DNA of 64,000 bases, taken from an uncultured Corynebacterium sp. (GTDB lineage Bacteria; Actinomycetota; Actinomycetes; Mycobacteriales; Mycobacteriaceae). Both the position numbers and the translations under genes were made by a program. The stretch is taken from NCBI RefSeq assembly GCF_943914615.1, contig NZ_CALUCS010000008.1:2037-66036 (forward strand). Direction: 5' to 3'. The notes under the pieces are model-generated. The model did no database searches. It had not been told where the DNA came from and saw only the letters and a list, made by a program, of their open reading frames with translations. This document shows, piece after piece, positions 34,955-45,013 of this stretch. Position 1 is the stretch's first letter; every line of letters starts with the position of its first letter.

Positions 34955-36541
34955 GTGACCTCCCGCACAAATCGTGCTGGTCAGAATACTGTGGAGTGCG
35001 TGAATAACAACGCGAAGCCCAACAGTTCAGACGACGCTTTGTTCGGCAACTCCGCGGATGATCTAGCGGATGACCTGAATAACGATATCGACGTGCCCGT
35101 CTACCGTCGGGACGCGCAGAAACCCGCTGGCGCCACGCCTTCCGCCAAGGCGTCCAAAATTGACAAGCCCGGTGAAGAGACTGTGGAGGCGCCGACCGAG
35201 TCGGGCTCTGCGGCAGCTGTGGCGGCCGAGGACAGTTCGAACAAGGACGCTGGCTCAGACGGTGCGTCGGCGGATCCGTCAGCTGGCGCATCGGCTAAAA
35301 CTCCAGAGAATGAAACTCCAAAGACTGCGGCTCCCGTAGAGGAGAAGCTCGCCAAGCGGGACATTTATGCGGTACTTGGTCGGGCCCGTCCGCAGCGTAT
35401 TGAGAGCCGCCCGCCGGAGCCGGAAGTGGACCTGTCGAAGCTAGACGCCTCCCAGCCCGCTGCGGGAGCGGGTGTGGCTGGGGCCGACTCAAACGCTGAC
35501 GCTCGCGCTAATGTCGGTGATACCAACGGGCCGTCCGACCGTTGGGGCAAGGTTGATGACGCCAACCCGGCGGAGCGGGACACCGCCTTCAACCGACAGC
35601 CGAAGAGCAGCGTCGACGCTGCCGCAGGCGCTGACCGGGATCGTGATGCAGCTGCGGCTGGTGTAACTGGAGCTGGTGCGACTGGAGCTGGCGCGGCCGG
35701 TGCGGCAGTCGCGTCTGGCGCGGGCACGGTGGGTGCCGCTGATGACTCTGAGATTGGCGGCACCGACACGACGGGATCGGCTACTGGCGCGGTTACCGCC
35801 CCTGAAACGGCGCCAAACGCTGACCGGGATCGCGATGCAGCTGCGGCCGCTGGGGCTGGCGCTGCCGGCGCGGGTGCAGTGGCAGGCGCTGACCGGGATC
35901 GTGATGCAGCTGCGGCCACGGGCGCTGAAGTTGGCAGTGCTGACACGGCGGCCGGCGCTGACACGGCGGCTGGAGCTGACACGGCGGCTGGAGCGGGCGC
36001 GGCGACCGGCGCGGGCGCAGAAGTTAAGCGCGGTACCACCAGCTTCGGACTGTTCATTCTGCGCGCGGTGCTGGGCGCGTACCTGCTGGTACGCGGCCTG
36101 CAGACCCTGTTCGCCTTCGGCGGAGACCCGGGCGTCGACGTATTCCAGAGCCAGCTTGAGAACTACAACTTCACCGACATCCTCGCCGTCGGCATTCCCG
36201 TCGCGGAGGTTGTCGCCGGTGGCCTACTTCTCCTTGGCCTCGTCACGCCTTTCGGCGCGGCCCTCGCCACTATCGTCGGTGGATTCATGGCGTTCCACAA
36301 CCTCGACAGCTTCCAAGGAACCCTATGGCCATACGGCCTGAACCCACACGTCCAGCTGTGGGCGGCGCTGACGGTGGCGTCAATAAGCCTCATCTTCCTC
36401 GGCCCCGGCCGAATCAGCCTCGACCGCAGTAGGGGATGGGCAACCCGACCGTTGGCGTCTGCATGGATTTTCTTCGTAGTCGCAGCGGCGGCCACCGCCG
36501 GGCTTTGGCTCGGCGTCGGCGGAGGCAACCCGTTCAATTAA
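34955..36541 (+). CDS. DoxX-family membrane protein with a roughly 340-aa low-complexity N-terminal region
   Basis: C-terminal 4-TM DoxX-like domain (FGLFILRAVLGAYLLVRGLQ...). N-terminal region is Ala/Asp/Gly-rich with three ADRDRDAAAA nucleotide-level repeats. Confidence 0.6.
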   Translation: MTSRTNRAGQNTVECVNNNAKPNSSDDALFGNSADDLADDLNNDIDVPVYRRDAQKPAGATPSAKASKIDKPGEETVEAPTESGSAAAVAAEDSSNKDAGSDGASADPSAGASAKTPENETPKTAAPVEEKLAKRDIYAVLGRARPQRIESRPPEPEVDLSKLDASQPAAGAGVAGADSNADARANVGDTNGPSDRWGKVDDANPAERDTAFNRQPKSSVDAAAGADRDRDAAAAGVTGAGATGAGAAGAAVASGAGTVGAADDSEIGGTDTTGSATGAVTAPETAPNADRDRDAAAAAGAGAAGAGAVAGADRDRDAAAATGAEVGSADTAAGADTAAGADTAAGAGAATGAGAEVKRGTTSFGLFILRAVLGAYLLVRGLQTLFAFGGDPGVDVFQSQLENYNFTDILAVGIPVAEVVAGGLLLLGLVTPFGAALATIVGGFMAFHNLDSFQGTLWPYGLNPHVQLWAALTVASISLIFLGPGRISLDRSRGWATRPLASAWIFFVVAAAATAGLWLGVGGGNPFN

Positions 36542-39379
36542 CTAGCTTCTTTCCGCCAATACTCGCCCCGTCGCGGTGTCCGTCTGAGCTACCGTGGCGG
36601 GGCTTCCGTCTGCCACAACCTGACCGCCCCGCGCGCCAGCCCCCGGGCCCATTTCGAGCACCCGGTCCGCCTGCGCGGCAACTCGCATGTCATGCTCCAC
36701 AACCACCACGGTGTTCCCGTTGTCGACCAACCGCTGGAGCTCCGTCACGAGCAGATCCACGTCCGCGGGGTGCAGGCCGGTGGTCGGCTCATCCATGAGG
36801 TACACGGTGTGTCCCCGCTGAGCCCGCTGCAGCTCCGTAGCCAACTTGATCCGCTGGGCCTCGCCACCGGACAGCTCCGTGGCCGGCTGCCCGAGCCGGA
36901 GGTAGTCCAACCCGACAGCCGACAGAGCCCGCAGCGCCCGGGCGATTGCCTCTTCGTCGGCGAAGACCTCCCGCGCCTCAGCGACGGTCAATTCCAGCAC
37001 GTCCGCAATTGTCCGCCCGTTCCAGGTGACTTCCAGCGTTTCAGCGTTGTAGCGCGCGCCGTGACAGTCGGGACAGGGAGTGTAGCTGCCGGGCAGGAAC
37101 ACTAGCTCGACTTCAATTTGCCCTTCTCCGCTGCAGGTGGGGCAGCGTCCTTGGTTGACGTTGTACGAGAATCGGGAGACGGTCCAGCCGCGCCGTTTCG
37201 CTTCGTCGGTCTGTGCGAAGAGTTTCCGTACGCGGTCGAAGAGTCCGGTGTAGGTTGCGAGGCAGGATCTGGGTGTCCGGCCGATGGGCTTTTGTGAGAT
37301 TTGCACCAACCGATTGACGGTGATGCCTGCGCTGAGCTTAGCCGTTGCTTTTTCTTCGGGGTCTTTATCTTTTGACGCCACGTCTCCGTCGTCGACCGAT
37401 GTCTTCACCTGTTTGCGCAGAGAGTTGGCCAGCGTGTGCAGGAGCGTGGATTTGCCGGAACCCGAAACGCCCGTGATCGCGGTGAACGCGCCGAGGCCGA
37501 ATTCCACGTCGAGGCCGTTCAGGGTGCGTTCGTTGATGTCCGTGAGGCTGAGAGCGCCGGAGGGGGTGCGCGCTTCGGCGTCGGTGGTCAGTTTCAGTGG
37601 CCCTGCGGCGAGGGCCCGCCCGGTGGGGCAGTCCATTCCCGCCAGGGCAGCCCTGTCGGCGCCGCCAGTGTCAGGGCAAGTGTTAGCACGGTCGGCTTCA
37701 GCGGCGCCAGCGCCGTTGGCACTCTGGTTGGCGCCCGGACCCGCATTTGCGACGGCGCTGGCGTCTGCGGCCGCGTTGGAATTACCGGCCGGGCCCGCGC
37801 TTTCGGACGGGATCTGGAATGTGCCCTGGCCGGGATCCCCGACCGCAGCGGCGGTAGTCGCTGAGTTTTGGGATGTGTCCGGCGTTTGAGATGCGTGCGG
37901 CGTTTGAGGCTTGGCCGGGCCGGAGTAGAGGATCTCCCCGCCGAGCTCGCCTGCGCCGGGGCCGACGTCGACGATCCAGTCGGCCTCCGCAACCAGGTGC
38001 ATGTCGTGTTCGACCAGCAGGACACTGTTGCCCGCGTCCAGGAAACCTCGAATCAGCCGCATCACTGCGCGGCGCTCCTCGGGGTGCAGACCCGCGGACG
38101 GCTCGTCCAGAACGTATGCCACTCCGAAAAGTCCCGACCGCAGCTGAGACGCCAATCGCAGCCGCTGCAGCTCACCTGCCGACAGGGTGGAAGTGGCACG
38201 GTCCAGGCTCAGATGGCCCAAACCGAGATCCACCACAGACTCCAGCGTAGGGATCGCCTGGTCCAGCAGAATCCGCTCCGCCTCCGCGCTGGCGGAACCC
38301 CCACCGGTGGACGCGGCCGCGCTGGAACCTCCACCGGCGGGCGCGGCCGCGCTGGAATCCCCGCCGGCGGGAGATTCCGCAGCATCCGTTGTGGCCTCAG
38401 TGGCTGAAGTTACTGAGGTTTCGGTTGTTTCTCGCCTTGTTAAAGTGCAGCGTTCAGCGAAGCGAGAGAGAACGTCCTCCAAAGGAAGCGCCCCAAGGCT
38501 ATCGATGGGGAGGCCGAGGTATTCCACGGAAAGGGCGTCGACAATAAGGCGACGACCGTCGCACACCCCACAGCGGGAAGACTTCATAAACGACAGGACT
38601 CGGCGTCGCGTGGAATCGGAACCCGTCTCCGCCAACGTCTTCCGCAAATAAGAGGCCACCGAACGCCAGGTGCCCTCATACGTCCGCTGAATCTGATCCG
38701 CACCCCGGTGAGGGTGGATCGTCACCACCGGCCGCTCGTCCGTGAAAAGGATCCAATCCCGGTCGGCCCGCGGGATATCTCGCCACGGAATGTCCATAGG
38801 GAAGCCAAGCTCCGCGACAATATCGTGGAAGTTCTTCCCCAACCACGCGCCGGGCCAAGCGGCAATAGCACCCTCTTCGATGGAAAGCGACGGGTCCGGA
38901 ACCATGGACTCCTCCGTCGGCTCATGCACCACGCCCGTGCCCTGACACTCCGGGCACATCCCCGCCGTCGTATTAGGGGAGAAGCTATCCGAATCCAGAC
39001 GCCCACCGTGGCGCTCGCGAACTCCCGCCGCGTAATCGCCGCAGCGAGAATACAGCAGGCGAATCGTGTTCGACAGGTTCGATGCGGTACCCACCGTCGA
39101 GCGCGCTCCGCCCGCCTTCGCCCCCTGCTGCAGGGCGACAGTCGGCGGCAGCCCCTCCACGGACCCCACCCGCGGGTCTACCGCTCCGCCGATCAGCCGG
39201 CGTGCGAATGGTGCGACGGACTCCAGATACCGCCGCTGAGCCTCCCCGTGCAGCGTGCCGAACGCCAGCGAAGATTTCCCCGACCCGGATACGCCCGTCA
39301 CTGCCACCAGGGCGTTGCGGGGCAGCGAGACGTCCTGGTGCTTGAGGTTGCGCAAGTGTGCATCGCGGACACGGATCAT
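36542..39379 (-). CDS. UvrA-paralogue ABC ATPase (UvrA2-like) with two low-complexity insertions
   Basis: [40 protein letters not shown] and a second Walker [14 protein letters not shown], plus Cys-x2-Cys zinc modules. Start at ATG 39379; the track extension to 39733 is rejected. Confidence 0.8.
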   Translation of the reverse strand: MIRVRDAHLRNLKHQDVSLPRNALVAVTGVSGSGKSSLAFGTLHGEAQRRYLESVAPFARRLIGGAVDPRVGSVEGLPPTVALQQGAKAGGARSTVGTASNLSNTIRLLYSRCGDYAAGVRERHGGRLDSDSFSPNTTAGMCPECQGTGVVHEPTEESMVPDPSLSIEEGAIAAWPGAWLGKNFHDIVAELGFPMDIPWRDIPRADRDWILFTDERPVVTIHPHRGADQIQRTYEGTWRSVASYLRKTLAETGSDSTRRRVLSFMKSSRCGVCDGRRLIVDALSVEYLGLPIDSLGALPLEDVLSRFAERCTLTRRETTETSVTSATEATTDAAESPAGGDSSAAAPAGGGSSAAASTGGGSASAEAERILLDQAIPTLESVVDLGLGHLSLDRATSTLSAGELQRLRLASQLRSGLFGVAYVLDEPSAGLHPEERRAVMRLIRGFLDAGNSVLLVEHDMHLVAEADWIVDVGPGAGELGGEILYSGPAKPQTPHASQTPDTSQNSATTAAAVGDPGQGTFQIPSESAGPAGNSNAAADASAVANAGPGANQSANGAGAAEADRANTCPDTGGADRAALAGMDCPTGRALAAGPLKLTTDAEARTPSGALSLTDINERTLNGLDVEFGLGAFTAITGVSGSGKSTLLHTLANSLRKQVKTSVDDGDVASKDKDPEEKATAKLSAGITVNRLVQISQKPIGRTPRSCLATYTGLFDRVRKLFAQTDEAKRRGWTVSRFSYNVNQGRCPTCSGEGQIEVELVFLPGSYTPCPDCHGARYNAETLEVTWNGRTIADVLELTVAEAREVFADEEAIARALRALSAVGLDYLRLGQPATELSGGEAQRIKLATELQRAQRGHTVYLMDEPTTGLHPADVDLLVTELQRLVDNGNTVVVVEHDMRVAAQADRVLEMGPGAGARGGQVVADGSPATVAQTDTATGRVLAERS

Positions 39380-39798
39380 CCCATCGTCGCCGGCGCGGAC
39401 GCCGCGAGCGCTGTCGCCGCTGACGCACCTGCCGGCGGCGCTAGTGCCGTCGGTGCTACGGACGCCGCGAGCGCTGTCAGCCTCGGCTGCAATGGAGTCT
39501 GCGCGTTCTGCATCGGGCTGGAGATGTAAATCATGCATGCCCTCCAGCCTACGGCCGTCCGGGAGGCCACGACCCAGGGGGGATGCTGGCTTTTGCGGGG
39601 AGTCAGCGCCCCGGTCGGGCGTCAGGCCGCGATCCGGAGGTGTAGGCCGGGGCGGGGCGACAGCGCCACCGTTAGGGGCGTGCAGCTGGGTGTGCCGGCT
39701 GCAGCGTGCGGTCGAGCGTGCGGAGGGGCACACGACCGCTGGAGAGTGCGGCCACGCGCCTACGGCCCCCGCGCGCGTCGGCAGCCGGGCGGTGGGGG

Positions 39799-41646
39799 TT
39801 ATTTCACTTCGCGGACGGCTCCGCGGTCAGCGGAGGTTGCCATCGCGGCATAAGCTCGCAGCGCCTTGGTGACCTTGCGCTGGCGAGTGGTGGGAGTCCA
39901 CGGCTTGTCGGAAGCTTCCATCTCGGCGCGGCGGCGCTGGATCTCCTCGTCGGAGACGTCCAGCTGCAGAAGGCGCTCGTGCACGTCGATGGTGATCGGA
40001 TCCCCGTCGCGGACCAGGCCGATCAGGCCGCCGTGCGCAGCTTCAGGGGAGATGTGGCCGACGGACAGTCCGGACGTGCCACCGGAGAAGCGACCGTCGG
40101 TGATCAGCGCGCACTCCTTGCCGAGCCCGGTGCCCTTGAGGAAAGCGGTCGGGTGCAGCATTTCCTGCATTCCCGGCCCGCCGGCGGGGCCTTCGTAGCG
40201 CACGACCACAACGTGACCCGGCTTGACCTTCTTGTCGAGGATCACGCGCACGGCTTCCTCCTGGGATTCGACGACAAGTGCAGTGCCTTCGAAGTGCCAG
40301 ATAGACGGATCGACGCCCGCGGCCTTGATCACAGCGCCGTCTTCGGCGAGGTTGCCGCGGAGGACAACCAGACCGCCATCGGCCGTGTACGCATGCTCTA
40401 CGTCGCGAATGACGCCACCTTCTGCGTCGGTGTCCAAGCTGGACCAACGGTTCTCAGTGCTGAATGGCTCGGTCGTGCGGACTCCGCCGGGGGCGGCGTG
40501 GAACAACTCGATGGCTTCCTCAGTTGCAGCCCCGGAGCGGATGTCCCAGGACAGCAGCCATTCCTTCAGCGTGGCGGAGTGAACGGAGTGCACGCCTTCG
40601 TTGAGTTTGCCGGCGCGGTAGAGCTCGCCGAGGATGGCTGGGATGCCGCCTCCGCGGTGGACGTCTTCCATGTGGTAGTCGGAGTTCGGGGACACCTTCG
40701 ACAGGCATGGCACTTCGCGGGACAGCTGGTCGATGGAGTGCAGGTCGAAGTCGACCTCACCCTCCTGGGCGGCTGCGAGGATGTGCAGCACGGTGTTGGA
40801 GGATCCGCCCATGGCCATGTCCAGCGCCATGGCATTTTCGAAGGCCTCGCGGGTGGCGATGTTGCGCGGCAGGACGGAGGCGTCTCCCTCGCCGTAGTAG
40901 CGGCGGCACAGTTCAACGATGGTGGTGCCAGCCTGGCGGAACAGGTCGCGTCGCTTGGCGTGAGTCGCCAAGGTGGAACCATTGCCCGGCAGAGACAGGC
41001 CAAGCGCCTCGGTCAGGCAGTTCATGGAGTTGGCGGTGAACATGCCGGAGCAGGAGCCGCACGTCGGGCAGGCGGCGGACTCAACTTCCAGCAGTGCCTG
41101 TGCGTCGACCTTGTCGGACGCGGAGGCGGAGATGGCGGTAATCAGATCCGTGGGAGCCTGTACGACACCATCAACTGCCACGGCCTTGCCAGCCTCCATC
41201 GGTCCGCCGGAGACGAACACCACCGGAATGTTCAGGCGCATGGCGGCGTTCAGCATGCCGGGCGTGATCTTGTCGCAGTTGGAGATGCACACCAGCGCAT
41301 CGGCGGCGTGGCCGTTGACCATGTATTCGACGGCGTCAGAAATGACCTCGCGGCTTGGCAGCGAGTAGAGCATGCCCGAGTGTCCCATTGCGATGCCGTC
41401 GTCGACGGCGATGGTGTTGAACTCTCGGGGAACGCCACCGGCTTCGCGGATGGCGTCCGCGACGATGTCTCCCACGTCCTTCAGGTGCACGTGGCCCGGT
41501 ACAAACTGCGTGTACGAGTTCGCAATGGCGATGATGGGCTTCTCGAAGTCCTGGTCCGTCATGCCTGTCGCACGCCACAGGGCGCGGGCGCCGGCGGCGT
41601 TGCGGCCTTGGGTGGTGACGGCGGATCTCAATGGGATGGCGTTCAT
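39799..41646 (-). CDS. ilvD: Dihydroxy-acid dehydratase
   Basis: MNAIPLRS...[18 protein letters not shown]... and the Fe-S ligand region CDKITPGM. Start at ATG 41646; the track GTG at 41655 is also possible. Confidence 0.95.
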   Translation of the reverse strand: MNAIPLRSAVTTQGRNAAGARALWRATGMTDQDFEKPIIAIANSYTQFVPGHVHLKDVGDIVADAIREAGGVPREFNTIAVDDGIAMGHSGMLYSLPSREVISDAVEYMVNGHAADALVCISNCDKITPGMLNAAMRLNIPVVFVSGGPMEAGKAVAVDGVVQAPTDLITAISASASDKVDAQALLEVESAACPTCGSCSGMFTANSMNCLTEALGLSLPGNGSTLATHAKRRDLFRQAGTTIVELCRRYYGEGDASVLPRNIATREAFENAMALDMAMGGSSNTVLHILAAAQEGEVDFDLHSIDQLSREVPCLSKVSPNSDYHMEDVHRGGGIPAILGELYRAGKLNEGVHSVHSATLKEWLLSWDIRSGAATEEAIELFHAAPGGVRTTEPFSTENRWSSLDTDAEGGVIRDVEHAYTADGGLVVLRGNLAEDGAVIKAAGVDPSIWHFEGTALVVESQEEAVRVILDKKVKPGHVVVVRYEGPAGGPGMQEMLHPTAFLKGTGLGKECALITDGRFSGGTSGLSVGHISPEAAHGGLIGLVRDGDPITIDVHERLLQLDVSDEEIQRRRAEMEASDKPWTPTTRQRKVTKALRAYAAMATSADRGAVREVK

Positions 41647-41717
41647 ACTATTCACGGTTCTCTTCTCGTCGTTCTTATTCTCTGCGTTTAATTTTTCTGC
41701 GTTTATACTCTCGGCGT

Positions 41718-42341
41718 TTAGCGGTCGGCATTGCCCTTGTCCTGCGCGCCTGCGCCGGACGCACCCTCACCCTGGACGGTGGAATCGTGAGCGCCGGTAT
41801 CTGGCGCGCGATCAGCCTGCGCGCCTGCGTCCGGCGCGTCGACTCCCGCTTCGAGGCGGCGCTGCTTTTCGTATTCCTTGTACTCGTCCTTGTCCATGAG
41901 TACGGCGTAGCCGTCCTTGTTGACGACCTGCACCTTGTCGTCCGTGGCTGCGCGGGCTGGGCTGACGGGATCGGGGATGCGCCCGCCGCTGACCTTGTGC
42001 AGGTCGATCAGGGAGTTGAAGGTCACGCCGGGAAGCCAGATGCTGTTCTCCTGGTTGTCCACGGCGTAGGCGCGTCCGGCTCGGTTGAAGCGGAGCGCGC
42101 GGAAGTCTTCCCACTGCATGGTTTTGCCTGCGCGGAAGAGGTAGCGCGTGGTGATGGCTCTGTCAGTGACGGTGGTGCGTACCCACAAAGTCCACAGAAT
42201 AAACACTAGTGGTATTAGCGGAACCCAGAAAAACCAGGCGACCTTGTAGCCAGTGAAAAGCAGGCAGATCAGGAACATGACGAACCCGCCGAGGATGTGT
42301 TCGCGGCTGGGGTGGAAAACCTTCGAGTTCATGGTGTTCAT
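41718..42341 (-). CDS. PH-domain-like small membrane protein
   Basis: Two N-terminal TM helices followed by a bPH-like soluble domain. Start at ATG 42341, so it does not overlap the MscS stop codon. Confidence 0.5.
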   Translation of the reverse strand: MNTMNSKVFHPSREHILGGFVMFLICLLFTGYKVAWFFWVPLIPLVFILWTLWVRTTVTDRAITTRYLFRAGKTMQWEDFRALRFNRAGRAYAVDNQENSIWLPGVTFNSLIDLHKVSGGRIPDPVSPARAATDDKVQVVNKDGYAVLMDKDEYKEYEKQRRLEAGVDAPDAGAQADRAPDTGAHDSTVQGEGASGAGAQDKGNADR

Positions 42342-42345
42342 TAAA

Positions 42346-44478
42346 TCAGCCGTGGGTGGTGTCGGTCGCATTGGGCGTACCCGTCGCACCCATGGCGCGG
42401 GGTGCAGCGCCGTTCACGCTGTTGCCGCCGGTGCCGCTGTTGGAATTGTTGTTGGAGTTTTGGGGGCCTGCTGGTTGCGAGGGTTGACTACTGGAATCTG
42501 CGCCGGAGTTCGTTTCGGGGCTGTTGACGTTGGAGTCGCTGGTCGGTTCGTTGGTCCCTCCGCTGGGCGAGCCGTTGTTTGAGCCGCTGTTTTGGTTGTT
42601 AGTGGGCTGGCCGTTGGAGTCGGTGTTTGTGTTGGAGTTCGGGTCAGAATTTGGGTCGCCGGTGGGGTTGTTCTGACCGGTGGCGTTTTCGCCGGATTGG
42701 TCGTTTACTTCGGAGTTCTCGGAGTCTTCGGTGGACGCGCTGTTGGAGGGGCGGTCGCGCCAGTAGTCGGGGGAGAGCCAGCCGGTGTCTCCGCCCTCTG
42801 GGTTCGAAGAGGCTAGCGCCAGACCGCCGACTAGAAGTAGCGCCAGAATAAGTCCGGTGGTGGAAGGGCGGGTGCGGCCGCCGACACTCATGATCCTCTT
42901 GAACTTGGAGGCGTGCTGTTCGTTGCGCCAGATGCTCTGGAATTTCTCCTTCTTTTCAGTGTCCTTCGCACCAACGGGGATATCCGGACCGTCGCCGTGG
43001 GCCTCCGTTAGGCCGGTATCTTCGTCAGAACTGGAGGCGGAATCGGCAGTAGCGCTAATGCGAGCGTTCGCGCCAGTGCGATCTTCCGCGCCAGCGCGAG
43101 CGTTCGCGCCCAAGCGAGCGTGCTGGGAAGGAGCCGCCTGCGTCTGGCCGATGGTTCCATCGCTGTCAAGGGGACGGACTCCCGGGCCGTCAGTCGTAGG
43201 AGCCCCCGCGGGCAGATTAGTCTTTTCGCCCCGGCCAGTCGGTTCAGCCTGGCCGGGGCCGCCGGTCGGTTCAGCCTGGCCGGGCCGTGCAAGTTGGCCA
43301 GGCCGGTCAGCCAGTTCAGCCTGGTCGGGCCGTGCAAGTTGGCCAGCCCGGTCTGCCCCTTCAGCCTGCACGGCATCCATAGCGGCAGTTTCCAGCGCCG
43401 ACGCGGTTCCGTGCACCGCTGAAGCCTCGCTCCCCGGTGCGGACCCGTGCGACTTGTCTCCGTTCACTGAATCAGCGATTCCTGCAGAGCCGCTCTGTGA
43501 ACCATCAGCCACCGAAGCTGACCGGTTGCGCGAGGCGTGCTGGGCGGGCAAGACCTCCGTAGGTGCCAGCGCGGATTCCGCAGCCACAGCCTTTCTGGGG
43601 TCGGCAGCGGGGGAGGAGTGGGCGTCAGAACCATCAAGAAAGACCCGCGGCATGTCATAACGGTCCCAGAAGACATTCACCAAAGCCGAGCGCAGAACAC
43701 GCTCCACAGCCCACTGACGCGCCGGGTTCACCACGACCATGACTCGGAAATTAACCTGCCACGACTGACCCGCCGCAGTAGGAGCGACGATATCCGTAGC
43801 CGGCAAAACCTCCAGCTCGCCGGTGACGTCCCCGGCGATAGTCGGATCCCCCAGAGCCTTCGCAGCCGTGGCCTCCACGCGATCCGTCAGCTGCGACATG
43901 GACTCGCCCGGCTGCAGTGGAACAGCCAAGTCCACCACCGCCCGAGACCAATCCTGTGAATAGTTTGTGATTACACCCGCGGAGCCGTTCGGGATGGTCA
44001 CCACCTCGCCGGAGGCAGTACGGACCTTCGTCGCGCGCAACGTCAGCGCCACAACCGTGCCCGAAATGTCACTGGACGTACCGTCAAAGGCGACGAAGTC
44101 TCCCACGCCGAACTGACGCTCCGAGATGATGAAGAACCCCGCCAGAAAATCGCCGATCACGTTCTGAGCGCCGAAACCAATAGCAGCTGAAACGACCGTT
44201 GCGGGCAGGGCGGCGCCCATGGCGGGTACGCCCAGGTTCGTCAGCCCCAGCATGATGATCGCGAAGTACGCAATCGCCTGGAGCACGTACACCAGCGCAC
44301 CGACCAGGGCGAGGCGGGATTTGGTGGCCTCCCCGCCCTCATCGAAACGGTTGCTGACAATGCGAATCGCCAAACGCCCCACGCGGGGGATCAAAATTGC
44401 GATAATTACCAGTGCAGTCAAGGGAAGGCCGTGGACGACCAGCCATTCCCAGAGCTGGAAAGCATAGAACTTCAACAT
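42346..44478 (-). CDS. MscS-family mechanosensitive channel with a long C-terminal extension (MscCG/YggB-like)
   Basis: MscS core (about 3 TM + beta domain: GDFVAFDGTSSDISGTVVALTLRATKVRTASGEVVTIPNG), then about 420 aa of low-complexity sequence containing a fourth TM (GLILALLLVGGLALA). Its position upstream of ilvB matches yggB in C. glutamicum. Confidence 0.75.
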   Translation of the reverse strand: MLKFYAFQLWEWLVVHGLPLTALVIIAILIPRVGRLAIRIVSNRFDEGGEATKSRLALVGALVYVLQAIAYFAIIMLGLTNLGVPAMGAALPATVVSAAIGFGAQNVIGDFLAGFFIISERQFGVGDFVAFDGTSSDISGTVVALTLRATKVRTASGEVVTIPNGSAGVITNYSQDWSRAVVDLAVPLQPGESMSQLTDRVEATAAKALGDPTIAGDVTGELEVLPATDIVAPTAAGQSWQVNFRVMVVVNPARQWAVERVLRSALVNVFWDRYDMPRVFLDGSDAHSSPAADPRKAVAAESALAPTEVLPAQHASRNRSASVADGSQSGSAGIADSVNGDKSHGSAPGSEASAVHGTASALETAAMDAVQAEGADRAGQLARPDQAELADRPGQLARPGQAEPTGGPGQAEPTGRGEKTNLPAGAPTTDGPGVRPLDSDGTIGQTQAAPSQHARLGANARAGAEDRTGANARISATADSASSSDEDTGLTEAHGDGPDIPVGAKDTEKKEKFQSIWRNEQHASKFKRIMSVGGRTRPSTTGLILALLLVGGLALASSNPEGGDTGWLSPDYWRDRPSNSASTEDSENSEVNDQSGENATGQNNPTGDPNSDPNSNTNTDSNGQPTNNQNSGSNNGSPSGGTNEPTSDSNVNSPETNSGADSSSQPSQPAGPQNSNNNSNSGTGGNSVNGAAPRAMGATGTPNATDTTHG

Positions 44479-44536
44479 GCTTTCCCACCGTAGTCCCGGA
44501 AAGGTCGGGGAGTGTGCGCCCGCCAGGATTCGGACG

Positions 44537-44594
44537 GGATTCTGACCAGACTCTGACCAGATTCTGACCCGATTCTGACCCGATTCTGATTCGT
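44537..44594. repeat. Five tandem 10-bp units ((G/C)(A/C)TTCTGACC) in the mscS-ilvB intergenic region
   Basis: gggattctgaccagactctgaccagattctgacccgattctgacccgattctgattcg. Confidence 0.7.
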
Positions 44595-44658
44595 TTCCAG
44601 TCGGGGCTCCCAGTCGGATTCACGGGTCGCGTTCAGACGCGCGCCCTGCGGCTCGCGG

Positions 44659-44758
44659 GCGACCGTGGCTACCGCGCAGCGAAGCGACCGTGGCTACTGC
44701 GCCGCGGGGCGACTGTGGCTACCGCGCAGCGAAGCGACCGTGGCTACTGCGCCGCGGG
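44659..44758. repeat. Four tandem copies of a 25-bp repeat (GCGACCGTGGCTACYGCGC + AGCGAA or CGCGGG)
   Basis: 50-bp unit duplicated exactly except for 2 mismatches; each unit is itself an internal duplication. Confidence 0.75.
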
Positions 44759-44852
44759 TCGCGGAAGGGTTGAAGTACAGGTCGGGGCCGTTTTGCGCCG
44801 TCCAGTAGATGAGATGGGGGCATCATACTTTGGGAAACAAGTGGTCAAAAGC

Positions 44853-44881
44853 TTGACTACTTTTGGGAAAGGCGCTAAATT
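44853..44881 (+). promoter_or_regulatory. Putative sigma-A promoter for the ilvB leader (TTGACT-N17-TAAATT); the implied transcript would be leaderless
   Basis: -35 TTGACT at 44853-44858, a 17-nt spacer, -10 TAAATT at 44876-44881, leader ATG at 44889. Confidence 0.4.
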
Positions 44882-44888
44882 TAGAGCC

Positions 44889-44939
44889 ATGGAATTCACG
44901 CAACTAGTACGAGTACTCATTATCGAGGGGCGCCACTAG
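44889..44939 (+). CDS. ilvBNC leader peptide (MEFTQLVRVLIIEGRH), rich in Val/Leu/Ile
   Basis: 16 codons with clustered branched-chain codons LVRVLII, immediately upstream of a terminator hairpin. Confidence 0.6.
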   Translation: MEFTQLVRVLIIEGRH

Positions 44940-44962
44940 CTACCTCATCGAGCTCGACACGG

Positions 44963-45013
44963 CGCCCCCGACAACTGACGCAGTAGCGTCGGCAAGTTGG
45001 GGGCTTTTGTTGT
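44963..45013 (+). terminator. ilvB attenuator terminator
   Basis: GCCCCCGAC...GACGCagtaGCGTC...GTTGGGGGC hairpin followed by TTTTGTTGTG. Confidence 0.6.

Noticed and set aside
39380-39733. N-terminal 118-aa extension of uvrA2
   Set aside because: No UvrA similarity. The conserved [14 protein letters not shown]-terminus starts at 39379. The extension region is better interpreted as the repeat-containing leader.
39706-41691. 661-aa + strand ORF
   Set aside because: Antisense to ilvD; Gly/Ala/Val-rich shadow ORF.
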